Shown here one piece after another: positions 1 to 13,060 of a stretch of 64,000 nt of DNA (its first letter is position 1; every line of letters begins with the position of its first letter). Below the pieces are notes generated by a model. That model was not told the DNA's origin. It made no database searches and saw only the letters and a program-made list of their open reading frames with translations. A program made the position numbers and the translations under genes. The stretch covers positions 15,107,168-15,171,167 of the forward strand of contig NC_090374.1 of assembly GCF_036365525.1 (NCBI RefSeq), written 5' to 3'. The DNA is from Heterodontus francisci (taxonomy: Eukaryota).

Positions 1-312
1 TATTACTCTCATCATTCTCTGTGCTAATACTTGGTGAAGTATCTTTCCATAACAGCACTGCCTGTGTAGGAGAACAGCCACCTGTCTGTCTTTAGCGAAA
101 GAGAGAGGAAGATTGCAGTAACCCTGGACCCAAAATCTGAACTCCTCAACTTCAAGAGTTTTGTTCGAATTACTCGTGACACAGGTTGCTCTTAACATCT
201 TTGAGAGTTACAACATCAAGCTGCACTTTTGAAAAAGTCTGACTGTAAATTATTGTGTTAATAATTGGTGAAGCCACTTTTGGTACAGTGGAGGCACTCT
301 ACCTTCAATAAA

Positions 313-692
313 GGGGGAACGGTAGCATAGTGGTTATGTTACTGGCCTAGTACTCCAGAGGCCTGGACTAATACTCCGGAGACATGAGTTTAAATCCCAC
401 CACAGCATCTGGTGGAATTTAAAATTCAATTAATAAATCTGGAATAAAATGCTAGTCTCAGTAATAATGATCATGAAATTAGTGGATTGTTGTAAAAGCC
501 CATCCTGTTCACTGATGCATTTCAGAGGAGGAAATCTGCCATCCTTACCTGGTCTGGCCTACATGTGATCCATAGCAATATGGTTGACTCTTAACTGCCT
601 TCTGAAATGGCTTAGCAAGCCATACCGTTGTCAGTGTCAATAAAGGCTGGCTTTGCCAGTGATGCTCACATCCCAAGAACAAATACAAAAAG
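313..692 (+). mobile_element. tRNA-headed SINE (family X; head/body and tail shared with LINE X at 38520-42150)
   Basis: A-box-like TAGCATAGTGG and B-box-like GAGTTTAAATCC; body GAGGAAATCTGCCATCCTTACCTGGTCTGGCCTACATGTGA; tail CAATAAAGGCTGGCTTTGCCAGTGATGCTCACATCCC plus A-rich end. Confidence 0.8.
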
Positions 693-739
693 GCACTAAA
701 TAGCTTGACACAAGAGTGATGACAAGGACGGTTAAGGGT

Positions 740-1070
740 TTACTATTGACAGGCTCAATGGAAGTAAAGAATTTGTTTCCTGTCATTGAGGTATCCAGAC
801 CAAGAGGTTGTAAATGTAAAAAGTCACGAATAGGAAATTTGGGAGAAACCTCTTGACCCAGAGAGTGTTTAGAGTGTGGAACTTGCTAAAACAAGTAGAT
901 GTTGAGGTGAATAGCAGAGTTGCTAAGGGGAAGCTAGATAATCACATGAGAAAGAAGGAATAGAAGGATATGTTAGTAGGGTGAGATGCAGTATGGTGGG
1001 AGGAGGCTCATGTGGAGCATTAACACCCCAGCATGGACCAGTTGGGCCGAATGGCCTGGCTCTGTGCCGC
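740..1070 (+). mobile_element. degraded CR1 LINE 3' fragment
   Basis: ACCCAGAGAGTG..GTGTGGAAC and GGGCCGAATGGCCTG motifs match the 3' ends of the CR1 copies elsewhere in the window. Confidence 0.55.
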
Positions 1071-1369
1071 AGACTCTGCCTCGCATCACAGAGCCAAACT
1101 TGTGTTCATTCAAGAAAAGGAGATAAAAGGGGCACCTGGGCTCTAGAATGCTGCATAAACGCTCCCCTGTGCTGCCTCAAAACTGTAGCTGAGGTTGAGT
1201 TGGCAGCAACTGAACTACATGCAGTCTGCTACTGCCAGGTCCAGTTTGTGCTGGGGGATTGGGACTGGTGCAGGAGAGACAGTGTGAGGTGAGGATTTAG
1301 TTGTCAGCATTGTTGTTGTACGGAACTGCCAATAGTTTCAAACTATTTACACTTTGTCACTTAAATTTA

Positions 1370-1680
1370 GGGCAGCGCAGTGGTTAGCACCGCAGCCTCA
1401 CAGCTCCAGGGACCCGGGTTCAATTCTGGGTACTTACTGTGCGGAGTTTGCAAATTCTCCCGGTGACCGTGTGGGTTTTCGCCGGGTGCTCCGGTTTCCT
1501 CCCACAGCCAAAGACTTGCAGGTGATAGGTAAATTGGCCGTTGTAAATTGCCCCTAGTGTAGGGAGGTGGTAGGGAATTATGGGATTACTGTAGGATTAG
1601 TATAAATGGGTGGTTGTTGGTTGGCATAGACTTGGTGGGCCGAAGGGCCTGTTTCAGTGCTGTATCTCTAAATAAATAAA
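1370..1680 (+). mobile_element. V-SINE (HE1-like), tRNA-derived
   Basis: tRNA-like head (CAGTGGTTAGCAC...GGTTCAATTC); V-domain GGAGTTTGCA...GGGTGCTCCGGTTTCCTCCCACA; CR1-like tail GGGCCGAAGGGCCTGTTTCAGTGCTG plus (TAAA)n; siblings at 23722 and 39863. Confidence 0.85.
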
Positions 1681-1786
1681 TTGATTCACCTACAAATTAA
1701 TAAAAGATATTTTAGAATTCTCGTGTGTGGTTTCTTGTGGCTTGTTTCAGCCTTGGCATCTTTTTCTGGAGATCTTAAAGAAGGAA

Positions 1787-1975
1787 TAAACTTGCATTTC
1801 TATAGCACCTTTCACGACGTCAGGATGTCTCAAAGCACTTTACAGCCAATGAAGTAGTTTTGATGTGTCGCCAGTGCTGTAAAGTCGGAAGCGCATCAGT
1901 CAATTTGTGCACAGCAAGCTCCCACAAACTGCAGTGATCATAACGAGATAATCTGTGTTTTTTTTTCATGATGGT
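1787..1975 (-). mobile_element. Deu-domain SINE (SacSINE1-like) 3' fragment
   Basis: Matches the 3' half of the 30170-30515 copy; L2-type tail GAAAGGTGCTATAGAAATGCAAG on the - strand. Confidence 0.6.
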
Positions 1976-1989
1976 GGTGAAAAGTCAGA

Positions 1990-3300
1990 GATTCATGGCA
2001 CAGAAGGAGGCCATTTGGCCCACTGAGTTCACGCCGGCTCTCTGTCCAACTATCCAGCCAGTCCCATTCCCATAACCCCGTAACCCTGCACGTTTATTTC
2101 CCTCAAGTGCTCATCCAATTTCCTTTTGGAAGCATTCATTGTCTCCGCTTCCGCATCTTCGTAGGCAGTGAGTTCGAGGTCATTTCCACTCGCTGAGTTA
2201 AGAAAGCTCTTCCTCACATCCCCTCGGCATCTCTATCCCAAAAACCTAAATCTGTGTCCCCCTAGTCCTTGTACCATCAGCTAATGAGAAGAACATTTCT
2301 TTGTCAACCTTCTCTAAACCTGCCATAATCTGGTACACCTCTATCAAATCTTCCTGCAATCTCCTTTGCTCCAAGGAGAACAACCCCAGCTTCTCCAACA
2401 TCTGGTCTCGATCTCTCAGTGCCTCACCGAGTGGTGTATTTAACACCGCCCCACATTGAGGGAACTAACTTTTCCTGCTCTCCAAGATTTGAACACTCCG
2501 CCCCCATCCTACCTGCAACATCCCACTGCCCCAGCATACTCTCACTATTAAATGATACCCATTGGTTAACTGCATTCCCCAATACCAGTGCTACATCTAA
2601 AATTTAACTAGCCTCCTTTAAATGTCACAAAACAAAGTCCCAGGAACTTGACATGTGAAATGAACAAGAGGAGGGGACAGAGGGTTTTGGAGGTGGAGGG
2701 GGGGGGGGGGTGGGTGCAATTCCAGAGAGTCTATCAGTGGAGGATGTGCTATTAATAGTAGGGTGAAGGGAGGTTGGGGGGGAAATTCACAAAAGGACGG
2801 AGTCAGAGATGGAGCATAGGAAGAGGAGGAGGCCATTCAGCCCCTCAAGACTGTTCCGCCATTCAATGAGATCATGGCTGATCTTTCTCCAAACCCCAAC
2901 AACCCACCTTGGCTCCGTATTCTTTCATACTGTTGTCTAGCAAAAAATTCATCGATCTCCGATTTGAAATTGTTAGTTGAGCTAACATCTACGGTATCAT
3001 TCTGGGAGAGAGTTCCACACGTCTGCCACCCTTTATGTGAAGAAGTGTTTCCTAACTTCTCTCCTGAATGACCTGGCTCTGATTGCTTGCCCCAGACTCC
3101 CGCACCAGTGGAAAATGTTTCTCTCTCTCTATCCTATCAATTCCTTTCAAAATCCTTCCATCAAATCAACCCTTAACCTTCTACATTCCAGTGAATGCAG
3201 CCTAGTTTATATAATCGCTCTCATAATCTAACCTTAGAGACCTGGTAACATTCTGCTGAAAATCAGCTGGACTCCTTCCAAAGCCAAATATCCTCTCAAA
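1990..3300 (-). mobile_element. two degraded CR1 3' fragments (1990-2400 and 2815-3300)
   Basis: ORF 2246-2446 LGLFSLEQRRLQEDLIEVYQIM...TRTRG is the CR1 ORF2 C-terminal motif. Confidence 0.7.
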
Positions 3301-3739
3301 GATGCGTTGCTATGGGTGAGACAACAAGACTACAGGGGGATTTGAAGATGGAAAGGGATAATCTTTTTTAGGTCTAACCTTGGTGGGGATGAACCCGGAT
3401 CCAGTCTTAGGTCAGTGAGGGCAGGGGGAAGGGGAAAGTGGGACTTAGTGCGGGACATGGAGAGGCTCTGACGGTCTTGCATGAATTAGAGACTGTAGAG
3501 GGTGGAGGGAGCAAGGGGTGATGCTGGAGAAATCAGGACGCGAGGCGACACAATGGTGGCTCAGGGTTTCAGCAGCTGAGAGCGGGACAGAGAGAAGGGG
3601 GTTGGGGGGGGGGTGCGGGGGTTCGATCTCATGGAGATGGAAAAGGAGGTGTTGGTGTTGGAAAGGATGTGTGGTTTGAACCTGAGCGGTTTACTTAGTT
3701 ACCAGTGTAACATTGACACATTGTGTCGGTTGTAAATCT

Positions 3740-4340
3740 ACAACAACAACTTCCATTTTTGTAGCACCTTTACAATAATAAAGCATCCCAAGGAGTGTTA
3801 TCAAATAGAATATGACACAGAGCCACGTAAGGAGATATTAGGACACACGACCAAAAGCTCGGTCATAAAGATAGGTTTTAGGGAATATCTTAAAGGGGGA
3901 AAGGGAGGTAGAGAGGTGGAGAGGGGTAGGGGGTAATTCCAGAGCTTAGGACCTTGGCAGCTGAAGGCACAGCCACCAATGGTGGGGTAATTAAAAAGGC
4001 CAGAAATAGAGGAGCGCAGGTATCTTGGAGGGTTATGGGGCTGGAGGAGATTACAGAGATAGGGAGGTGTGAGACCATGGAGGGATTTGAAAACAAGAAT
4101 GAGAATTTTAAAATTGAGGTGCTGCTTAATGGGAGCCAATATAAGTCAGTGAGTACAGGGATGTTGGGTGAAAGCGAGTTAGAGCACAGACAGCAAAATT
4201 CCAGATGATCTCAAGTTTACGGAGAGTTGAATGAGGGACACCAGCCAGGAGTGCGTTGGAATAATAATGTTTAGCGGTAATAAAGGCATGGATGAGGGTT
4301 TCAACAGCAGATGAGCTGAGACAGGGATGGAGTCGGGCAA
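3740..4340 (-). mobile_element. L2-clade LINE 3' fragment
   Basis: PIKQHLNFKILILVFKSLHGLTPPYLCNLLQP...GPKLWN matches the L2 ORF2 C-terminus; related fragments at 6412-6855, 37600-37995 and 62860-63460. Confidence 0.75.
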
Positions 4341-6411
4341 TGTTTGCACTGGAGTGCTGACTTGGGGCTGCATTGGAGTGCTAAAGTGGGAGTTTTGTGA
4401 CTGAGGGTAATTAAGGGTTAGTTTTATCTAAAGTCCAGTCTTTCTTTTATTTAGCAAATTAACTTAACAGTTGCTGTTTGGGTTGGAGAAGGTGAGTTTT
4501 AGACCAGCTTTAAACAGAGTTCACTCAGGCTCTGCTTGCAGCTGCACCTTGTTAATTAGATAATTGGCTTAAACCAGTTTTCAGGGGCTAGAGTCAGACA
4601 GTAGAAAAGTGAGCCATCTTACAGTGCTGACTTTGTTTGCACTGGAGTACTGACTTGGGGCTGCATTAGAGTGCGAAAGTGGGAGTTTTGTGAGGAGGGA
4701 ACGAGGAGCTCCTTTCATTTGCTACCTGTCGTCAAAGAGCGTGAGGGGAGCTGAGAGTTTCCAAAGAGCACAGCTGACTGGTGAGTAAGTCCTGGTGGGT
4801 ATTTTTCAAACTATATTGAATTGTAAGTCATTGTTTTAGCAAGACTTAGTTGATTTTTTTTTTATTATAATAGTCTTCTAAAGTTTTAAATTTAAAGGGT
4901 TTAGTCATGGCAGGAGAGCTTAAAGCCGTGGTTTGCTTCTCTTGCTGCATGTGGGAATCCGGGAATATTTCCAGTCCCCAGGACCAGCATGTGTGCAGGA
5001 AGTGTGTCCAGCTGCAGCTCCTGGAAGCTTGGGTTTCAGAGCTGGAACAGTGGCTGGAAACACTGTGGAACATCCGCGAGTCTGAGAGCATTGTGGATAG
5101 CACGTTTAGAGAGGTGGTCACATTGCAGCTGAAGGGACTTGAGGAAGGAAGGGAATGGGTGACCACCAGGCAGTCCAAGAGAAACAGGCAGGTAATTCAG
5201 GAGTCCCCTGCAGTACTGCTTGCAACTCGGTATACCATTTTGGAGGCTGATGAAGCTGGTTCCTCCAGGGAGTGCGGACAGAGCCAAGCTTCTGGCACCG
5301 CAAGCAGCCTGTCTGCACAGGAAGGGGGAAAGAGAGGAAGAGCAATAGTAATAGGGGATTCTGTAGTCAGGGGAACAGATAGGCGCTACTGTGGCCGTCA
5401 ACGTGACTCCAGGATGGTGTGTTGCCTCCCTGGTGCCATGGTTCAGGATGTCACTGAACGGCTGCAGGGCATTCTGAACGGGGAGGGTGATAAGGCAGAG
5501 GTCATGGTACATGTTGGTACCAATGACAGAGGTAGAAAGAGGGATGAGGTCTTGTATCAAGAATTCAGGGAGTTAGGCAGTAGACTATAAAGCAGGACCT
5601 CTCAGGTTGTAATCTCTGGATTATTCCCAGTGCCACGTGCTAGCGAGTATAGAAATAGGAGAATAGCACAGATGAATGCGTGGCTTAAGAGTTGGTGCAG
5701 GAGGAAGGGTTTTTGATTCCTGGACCACTGGGACCGTTTCTGGGGAAGGTGGGACCTGTACAAACGGGACGGTCTACATCTGAACCAGAAGGGGACTAAC
5801 ATCCTTGCTGGCGGGTATGCTAGTGCTGTTGGGAGGAGTTTAAACTAATTTGGCAGGGGGAGGGGATGCAGACTCCTAGCAGAATAGGGACACAGCTAAA
5901 CACAGGAAAGCAAACACGTCAGAGGGAATACAGTGGAAGTAAGTTTCAAGGGAGTAAGACCAGGATGGATGGCCTCTACTTTAATGCCAGGAGTATTACA
6001 GGTAAAACGGGTGAGTTAAGGGCAAGGATTGACATGTGGAATTGTAATATAGTAGCCATCACGGAGACATGGTTGAGGGAGGGGCAGGATTGGCAGCTCA
6101 ATATCCCGGGATATAGAATCTTCAGGCGAGACAGAGAAGGGGGTAGAAGAGGAGGGGGCATTGCAATATTAGTTAAGCAGTCAGTTACAGCAGTAAGAAG
6201 AGATGATATCTTGGAGGGGGCATCAAATGAAGCTTTATGGGTAGAGTTTAGGAATAAAAAAGGGACAGCCACATTGCTAGGTGTTTATTATAGACCCCCA
6301 GATAGTCAGCGGGAAATTGAGGAGCAAATATATGCGCAATTCGCAGAGGAGTGTAAAAATAATAATTGGGTAATTATATTAGGTGATTTCAACTTTCCCA
6401 ACATTAATTGG
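4341..6411 (+). mobile_element. CR1 LINE 5' part: 5'UTR, ORF1 (Zn finger, leucine zipper, SGNH esterase; premature stops) and start of ORF2 APE endonuclease
   Basis: ORF 4907-5590 CFSCCMWE..CRKC, IVIGDS, VHVGTND; ORF 5866 YFNARS..IVAITETW..LGDFNFP; truncated at ~6411. Confidence 0.9.
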
Positions 6412-7322
6412 GAGAGAGAGGTAGAGAGATGGAGAGGTTTAGGGAGGGAATTCCAGAGATTAGGGCCCAGGCAGATGAAGGCAGGGCCGCCAATGGTGCA
6501 GCGATTAAAATCAGGAAGTGCAAGGGGTCAGAATTAGAGGAGTGCAGATACCTCTGAGGGTTGTCGGGCTGGAGGAGATTACAGAGATGAGGAGGGGCGA
6601 GGGCCATGGAAGGGATTTGAAAACAAGGCTGAGATTGTTAAAAATGGAGGCATTGCTTCACCAGTAGGTCAGTGAGCACAGGGGTGATGGGTGGAGACTC
6701 TCTTTAAATGCTATCTCTTTGACAATGCTTTTGATCACCTATCCTAACATCTCCTTATGTGGTTTAGTGTCAAACTTAGTTTGATAACACTCCTGTGAAG
6801 CACTTTGGGCTGTTATACAATACAAAGCTGTTTATATAAATGTAAGTTGTTATTCACCAAGAATACAGTAAATATTATTACTGTAGTAATCCCCTCACCA
6901 ATAATAGTGTAAATATTGTAACCCCAGCAACTTACTCACCGGTAGTATATATTACCTTTAATGTCGAAAAACATCGCAAGGTGTTCCACGGAGATGAAAT
7001 TCAGATAAAAATGGCTGTCCGGCCAATGTAGCAGATATGAGGAGGGTAAGAGGTAGGTTTTAAGGAGCATCTTAAAAGGAAATGTAGATGGAGAGGAAGT
7101 AGGGTTAAGGAGGGAATTCCAGAGCTTCAGGCCCTGTTATGAATGCTGGACGTTGTAGAATAATTATGTTTTAAAACTGTGATCTTTAGCATAGTGTTAA
7201 AATGGAGTCAGAAGAGCCATGTGACCTCACAACAACTCTGCTTAAGGACAAGACAGGGATCTTGGTTACCAGGACAACAAACAGCCCAGATCAAAACCCT
7301 TTTGAAAAGCAGAAGGCAAGGT

Positions 7323-7544
7323 TGTAACACCTGAAGAACAATGGATTTCACCCTCCCAGACTTTCAGATCATAAATAAGGAGCCAGTGGCTCTGAAAATA
7401 TAAATACAAGTTACAATTACTAACATCTGAAAGCAAAGAAAAGCCCAGGTTCATCATTGAACTTGTTTTATTTACACCTCCCCAACAGAGGGCAGCAGAG
7501 AGGCAGAATACAAAATGCTCAGCCAGTTCAATACCTATATCACA
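7323..7544 (-). mobile_element. putative 3' LTR of Gypsy element C
   Basis: On the - strand a polypurine tract GAAGTGGGGAGGGAG is followed by TGTGATA...AATAAA...GTTACA; same strand as, and downstream of, the pol remnants at 27820-29655. Confidence 0.55.
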
Positions 7545-8324
7545 CTCCCTCCCCACTTCAAAAAACAACTGATACATTAAAATGTAAAATGGTACATGTA
7601 CATTGTTCGGGATAGAAATGCATTACTGTACTAATGTGCCTCCTGGCTTGCCATTGTCATGTGAGCTGTGCCATGAGGCACTCACTGCAGGCAACCATAA
7701 CAAGTTCAATTCAGTAAAGACACAGTACAAGCAAGACTGTGAGTTTGTAACATGGTGTCAGAGTGGAGCTGAGATTGAGTGTTGAAGAGTTGTATAGAAG
7801 CACAGCTACTAAAACAGGAACACAGGAATGTTCAGAGCTGCTGAAAGCTGCTAAAAGCCATGGGAAGCCACAAAAAGAAGCATTAAAAGCACTGGGTAAG
7901 ACACAATGGCTGCAAATCTTCCTCTCACGCCGCCAGTCGAAATGAAAGGTGATATGAAGCAGAACTGGCAGTTTTTCCAATCACAATGGCAAAATTATGA
8001 AATTGCAATGGATATAATTTGAAAACCAGAGCAGCTACGAGTAGCTACACTTTTATCACTGTTGGGGAGAGACTGTAAATAAATGTATTCTAACGTAAAT
8101 CTCTCCAAAGAACAAACAAAACAGACAGCAGAAATTTTGAAAGACTTGAAGGCCAGCTTTGAACCCCAAGTGAATGTAACTTATGAACAGTTTGATATTA
8201 GGGCCCAAGGTGAAAAACAGTCCATTGATCAATATGTGACTGCATTAACACAGCTCGCAGACTCCTGTGAATTTGCGCAACTAAAAGATGATCTAATTAG
8301 GGGTTATATTAGGCATAAGACCGA

Positions 8325-9195
8325 GCATTTGACCGAGTATGGCATCAAGGAGCCCTAGCAAAACTGGAGTCAATGGGAATCAGAGGGAAAACTCTGCTCT
8401 AATATAATAAAAGCAAAATACTGCGGATGCTGGAAATCTGAAACAAAAACAAGAAATGCTAGAATCACTCAGCAGGTCTGGCAGCATCTGTGGAAAGAGA
8501 AGCAGAGTTAACGTTTCGGGTCAGTGACCCTTCTTCGGAAAACTCTGTTCGTTGGAGTCATACCTGGCACAAAGGAAGATGGCTGTGGTTATTGGAGGTC
8601 AACCATCTGAGCTCCAGGACATCACTGCAGGAGTTCCTCAGGGTAGTGTCCTAGGCCCAACCATCTTCAGCTACTTCATCAATGACCTTCCTTCAATCAT
8701 AAGGTCAGAAGTGCACATTGTTCAGGACCATTTGCGACTCCTCAGATACTGAAGCAATCCTTTTCGAAATGCAGCAAGACCTGGACAATATCTGGGCTTG
8801 GGCTGATAAGTGGCAAGTAACATTTATGCCACACAAGTGCCAGGCAATGACCATCTCCAACAAGAGAGAATCTAACCATCTCCTTTGACATTCAGTGGCA
8901 TTACCCATCGCTGAATCCCCAACTATCAACATCCTAGGGGCTACCATTGAGCAGAAACTGAACTGGAGTAGCCATATAAATACTGTAGCTACAACAGCAG
9001 GTCAGAGGCTAGAAATCCTGAGGCGAGTAACTCACCTCCTGACTCCCCAAAGCCTCTCCACCATCTACAAGGCACAAGTCAGGAGTGTGATGGAATACTC
9101 TCCACTTGCCTGGATGGGTGCAGCTCCAACAACACTCAAGAAGCTTGACACCATGCAGGACAAAGCAGCCCGCTCGATTGGCACCCCATCCACAC
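8325..9195 (+). mobile_element. RT fragment of LINE family X
   Basis: GVPQGSVLGPTIFS; QKLNWSSHINTVA..LSTIYKAQVRSVMEYSP, closely similar to 38520-42150. Confidence 0.85.
8400..8536 (-). mobile_element. Penelope-like pseudo-LTR fragment with 14-bp TSD
   Basis: Reverse complement of the 9870-9962 segment; flanked by GGAAAACTCTG(C/T)TC at 8386-8399 and 8537-8550. Confidence 0.75.
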
Positions 9196-9415
9196 TGCAA
9201 GAAGCTGAATCTAGCCAAACACTTGTGTGCAAAATGAAGGAAGCACAACAAGCAGGTACAGATGGCCACTGGAGCGATGTCAGTCAAAGATTCTGACAAA
9301 TCATGATACACCATATAACAAATTGGGTCAGTCAGGTCGATAGGTAATAAATGGTTTGTGACTGTTGGAATGATGACTGCAGAAGGAGAATATCAAGTCA
9401 TGCAACATCATGACT

Positions 9416-9962
9416 CCGGTGAATATCAACACAAGCTCGAGGAACAGCATCTCATTTACCTATTAGGCACACTGCAGTCTGCCGGACTGAACATTGAGTT
9501 CAATCATTTCAGAGCATGACGGGGCCCCCCATTTTATATTTAGATATTTTTTCTTTTTGCTTTTTTCTTTTTTATATGTTTGTTTTATTTTAGTTTGTTT
9601 AGTTTGTTTCTACTGTGCATACCCACTTTTTTTTCATGTTTGTGCTTGGGGCCAAGGCTGTTAATGTTTCTGTCAAATTCACACCCTCTCTGTATTAACA
9701 CTTTGTCTTTCAGCGCACCATTAACATACCATTTGCCTTTGTTCCATGACCTTCTGGTCAGTTTTTCTCTGTGACCTTGTCCTTTCAACACCTTCTCTTT
9801 TGTTATCTCTTGCCCCACCTCCACTTTACTTGCTTAAAATCTTTTACATTTCTAATATTTGCCAGTTCTGAAGAAGGGTCTCTGACCTGAAACGTTAACT
9901 CTGCTTCTCTCTCCACAGATGCTGCCGGACCTGCTGAGTATTTCCAGAATTTCTTGTTTTTA
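9416..9962 (+). mobile_element. Penelope-like element 3' end (GIY-YIG C-terminus and pseudo-LTR with minimal hammerhead motif)
   Basis: Encodes EYQHKLEEQHLIYLLGTLQSAGLNIEFNHF, typical of the PLE endonuclease end; CTGAAGAAGGGTCTCTGACCTGAAACGTT at 9868-9896. Confidence 0.8.
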
Positions 9963-10164
9963 TAACCTTCACAGACCTGTGCAAAGTGGCTCAACATGGC
10001 AATCCAAAAATGAAGCCCTCGAAGGTAAGGTTGTGGCTATATGATGGCACCCTACTAATGCCAAGAAGGCAAGTTACTCTGATAGCCCATTGCAATGGCA
10101 AGAATGAAGGTCTGGAGTTCCAGATCATATACAACAAGCAAAAACCACTCGTCTCAGCCGGAGC

Positions 10165-10450
10165 AAGTTCCAGGGAGAAGACTCGGAGGGCGGAGTACTG
10201 GAGCAGTGAGTATAAAAACCTTACCTCGGGGATTCACAGCCTAGTTCCAGGGAGAAGACTCTGAGGGCAGAGTACCAGAGCGGTGAGTATAAAAACCTTA
10301 TCTCGGGGATTCACGGCCTAGTTCCAGGGAGAAGACTCGGAGGGCGGAGTTCCGGAGCGGTGAGCATCAAAACCTTACCTCGGGGATTCGCAGCCTAGTT
10401 CCAGGGAGAAGACTCGGAGGGCGGAGTTCCGGAGCGGTAAGTATATTGAG
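10165..10450 (+). repeat. ~79-bp tandem repeat (about 3.5 copies) in the CR1 5'UTR
   Basis: AGTTCCAGGGAGAAGACTC(G/T)GAGGGC recurs at ~10166, 10243, 10320 and 10397. Confidence 0.9.
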
Positions 10451-12539
10451 TAACTTACCTCGGGTGGAAAAAAAACTGAAAAAGTGACATCACAGGAAAG
10501 CTGTGACCTGATTGACTCGTAGGGAATCTGCACTGAATTTGAAAATAAAACATTGATAAACTAATTAACCTTAATTAACTAATTAATTAATAAGTAGGGG
10601 AGTAACTAAACCGGAGGGAGGAGATTACTGTATTTAGTATTTAATAATGACCGCATTTGTTGACAACGCGATCGGTAGGTGGCGCTGTTTTGGCACATGC
10701 GCAAATACAGCATGTGCCACGAAAACATCACAGATTGCGACTGTAGCAGCTGCCAGGACTAAAGATGGTGCTGCTCAAAGAATCACACAGAAGCAACCTA
10801 ACGAACACGTGGCAGTATACAATGGCCGGAGTGAGAGCAGCGCGGGGGCCGGGGAGAGCAGCGTTGAGGGTGTCGGTGGGGGGGGGGGTGAAGAGAGGAG
10901 GGGGGGGGAAAGAGGAGGGGTGGGGCTGAAGGGCGGGAGTGGAAGAGGAGTGCCTTTTTTTGTGCATGCGCCAGAAACACAACAGCAAAAGACTTACCGG
11001 CCAGTCCCTGGACCCGGCGACACCGAGCTCTTCGCACACTCGCTCCCCGCAGCTCTCTGTGGCCTCTCGCATCCGGCCCTCTCCATTCAGCCGTTCCCTC
11101 CAGCTGCAGATGCCCAATCCAGTTGCTTCTCCCCTACTTCTCCACAATACTTCAGGCATTGCAACTGTCTGGTCCCTGTATTTTGCATGCTCCCTCTCCC
11201 CACCCCTCCCTGCTCTCCCCACCCCTCCCCCCCTCTCCATCTACCCCCCTACCTCCACCGCTCCACCATAGTTGAATATCTGAAGTGCAGTTGCAAAGTC
11301 GGGAAAATAGCATGCAAAACAAAACCTCAACAATTCTGGGGTTAATTATTGAGAAGTTTTATTAAGTTCATTAAGTATCCGAGGAACTGCTGTGCATGGA
11401 TACATGAGTGTTGTGTCCAGCATTCCTGTGAGACAGACAGGCCGAGTCTCTGCTATGCACAGCTAAAGAGATTGTTCCTGGAGAGCCCTGTGGTGAATGA
11501 ACGCTTGGCTCTCTATTCCACTACTGTATTGTCCATGTGAAGAAGACAAAGTCACAAGAGTCTGAGCTCAGTCTATTCTTGGTGAGTGTTCCCCAAACAC
11601 ATCCCAATGTGCATTCCCAATTCATCCATAAATGCAATGTTCCTTTCCACATCGTGACCAGCTCCGCAGCATGATCCAGTTGCTTGAATGCTGACCTCAA
11701 GTCTCAAGGATTGTTTTCTCGACGGCATGTTTTACATGAAAAGAAATAAAGCAAATCAGAGTCAGAGCTTGCCTCCCTCCATCCACTGAAATTACTGTTG
11801 TGCACACCTTTTTAAGTTCTGCAGTGAAGGCACCAATTGATAACGTCGCCAATGAAGCACTTATTACCTACCTCAGATGCAGGAATCAGCACATCCTTGC
11901 GTCCTCTCCTGCACTGCCTCCTTTGCTGGAATGCCGTCCTTAAGTGTCAAGGATTGTTTTCTCAAGGGCACGTTTTACATGAAAGGAAATAAGGGAAGAA
12001 CATCAGTGTCAGAGCTTCCCTCCCTCCAATGAAATTACTGTTGAGCATGCTTTGTGTTCTGCGGTAAAGGTATGTACTGATAACACCGCCAATGAATCAC
12101 TTAGTACCCACCTTAGCTGTAGGAGGCAGGATGATGTTACTGCCCCTATCTCGTGATGGTTCAATGCTGCTCTCAGGGAAAACATGAATGATGTGAGGGT
12201 GCTGGAAAAGAAGCACATTTCTTTTGGGCTATGAACATAAAGCTGGCCATTTAGCCCAGCAGTTCCCTGCTAGTGGTTATGTTACTCCTGCATCTTCCCA
12301 TCCATTCCCATTTAATCCTGCCTACTACTATCACCAGTTGTGTTCACAGCAAAAGCATTCACATTTGTGCTACCACTGGACACGGCATGCTTGTTTCTTT
12401 TAGTGCTCAGTCTCTTCTTGCTGAATGTTCCCCAAGTGCTTGACCCCTTTGGACGCCCTCTCTGCTTGACAGGCAGCAGCTGGCAATTGCGGAGTCTCAC
12501 AAGGCTCTGCATGGTTGTTTCAAAGGCGGATGGGGAAAC

Positions 12540-12690
12540 AGGTGGCTGTGTGCCCATGTGCACTGCTCTAATGGGTGTAGGAACAGCTGGCTGTGTGCCC
12601 ATGTGCACTGCTCTGATGGGTGTAGGAGCAGGTAACTGTGTGCCCATGTGCACTGCTCTAATGGGTGCAGGAACAGGTGACTGTGTAACT
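12540..12690. repeat. 45-bp tandem repeat, 3 copies
   Basis: CTGTGTGCCCATGTGCACTGCTCT(A/G)ATGGGTG repeated; reads PTPIRAVHMGTQ on the - strand. Confidence 0.9.
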
Positions 12691-13060
12691 GAGCAGCAAG
12701 GAGAGGGTACCGCAGGTAGGGGAAGTGGAGCTTTGAACAGGCAGACAGGTATGGTCCATCAGATCATTAGGCCAGGGGGTGAGACGCTCAGGATCCAGGG
12801 TTTGTGACACGTGACTGATGTCCAGCATGTGGCCACCTCCATCCGAAGGTGCTTCCGGGCAATTGTTGGGCATAGTAAATGGCTCCATCTCATCAGCCAG
12901 TCCTTGCTGCCAGCGGAGAGTCTGTTGCCGCAGCCAGTCCAGTCTCCTCACGGGAAACATGAGATGAGATAAGAAATACAGAATGCACTATATTAAAAGT
13001 TACAAAAACGAAAGTGACCGTTAAGATGGTAGGTTGCAGCACATGTACTGCCTGCACACA

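Noticed and set aside
10647-11345. 232-aa ORF as a host gene
   Set aside because: Low-complexity G and C runs, several overlapping ORFs, no domain, and it lies inside an insertion.
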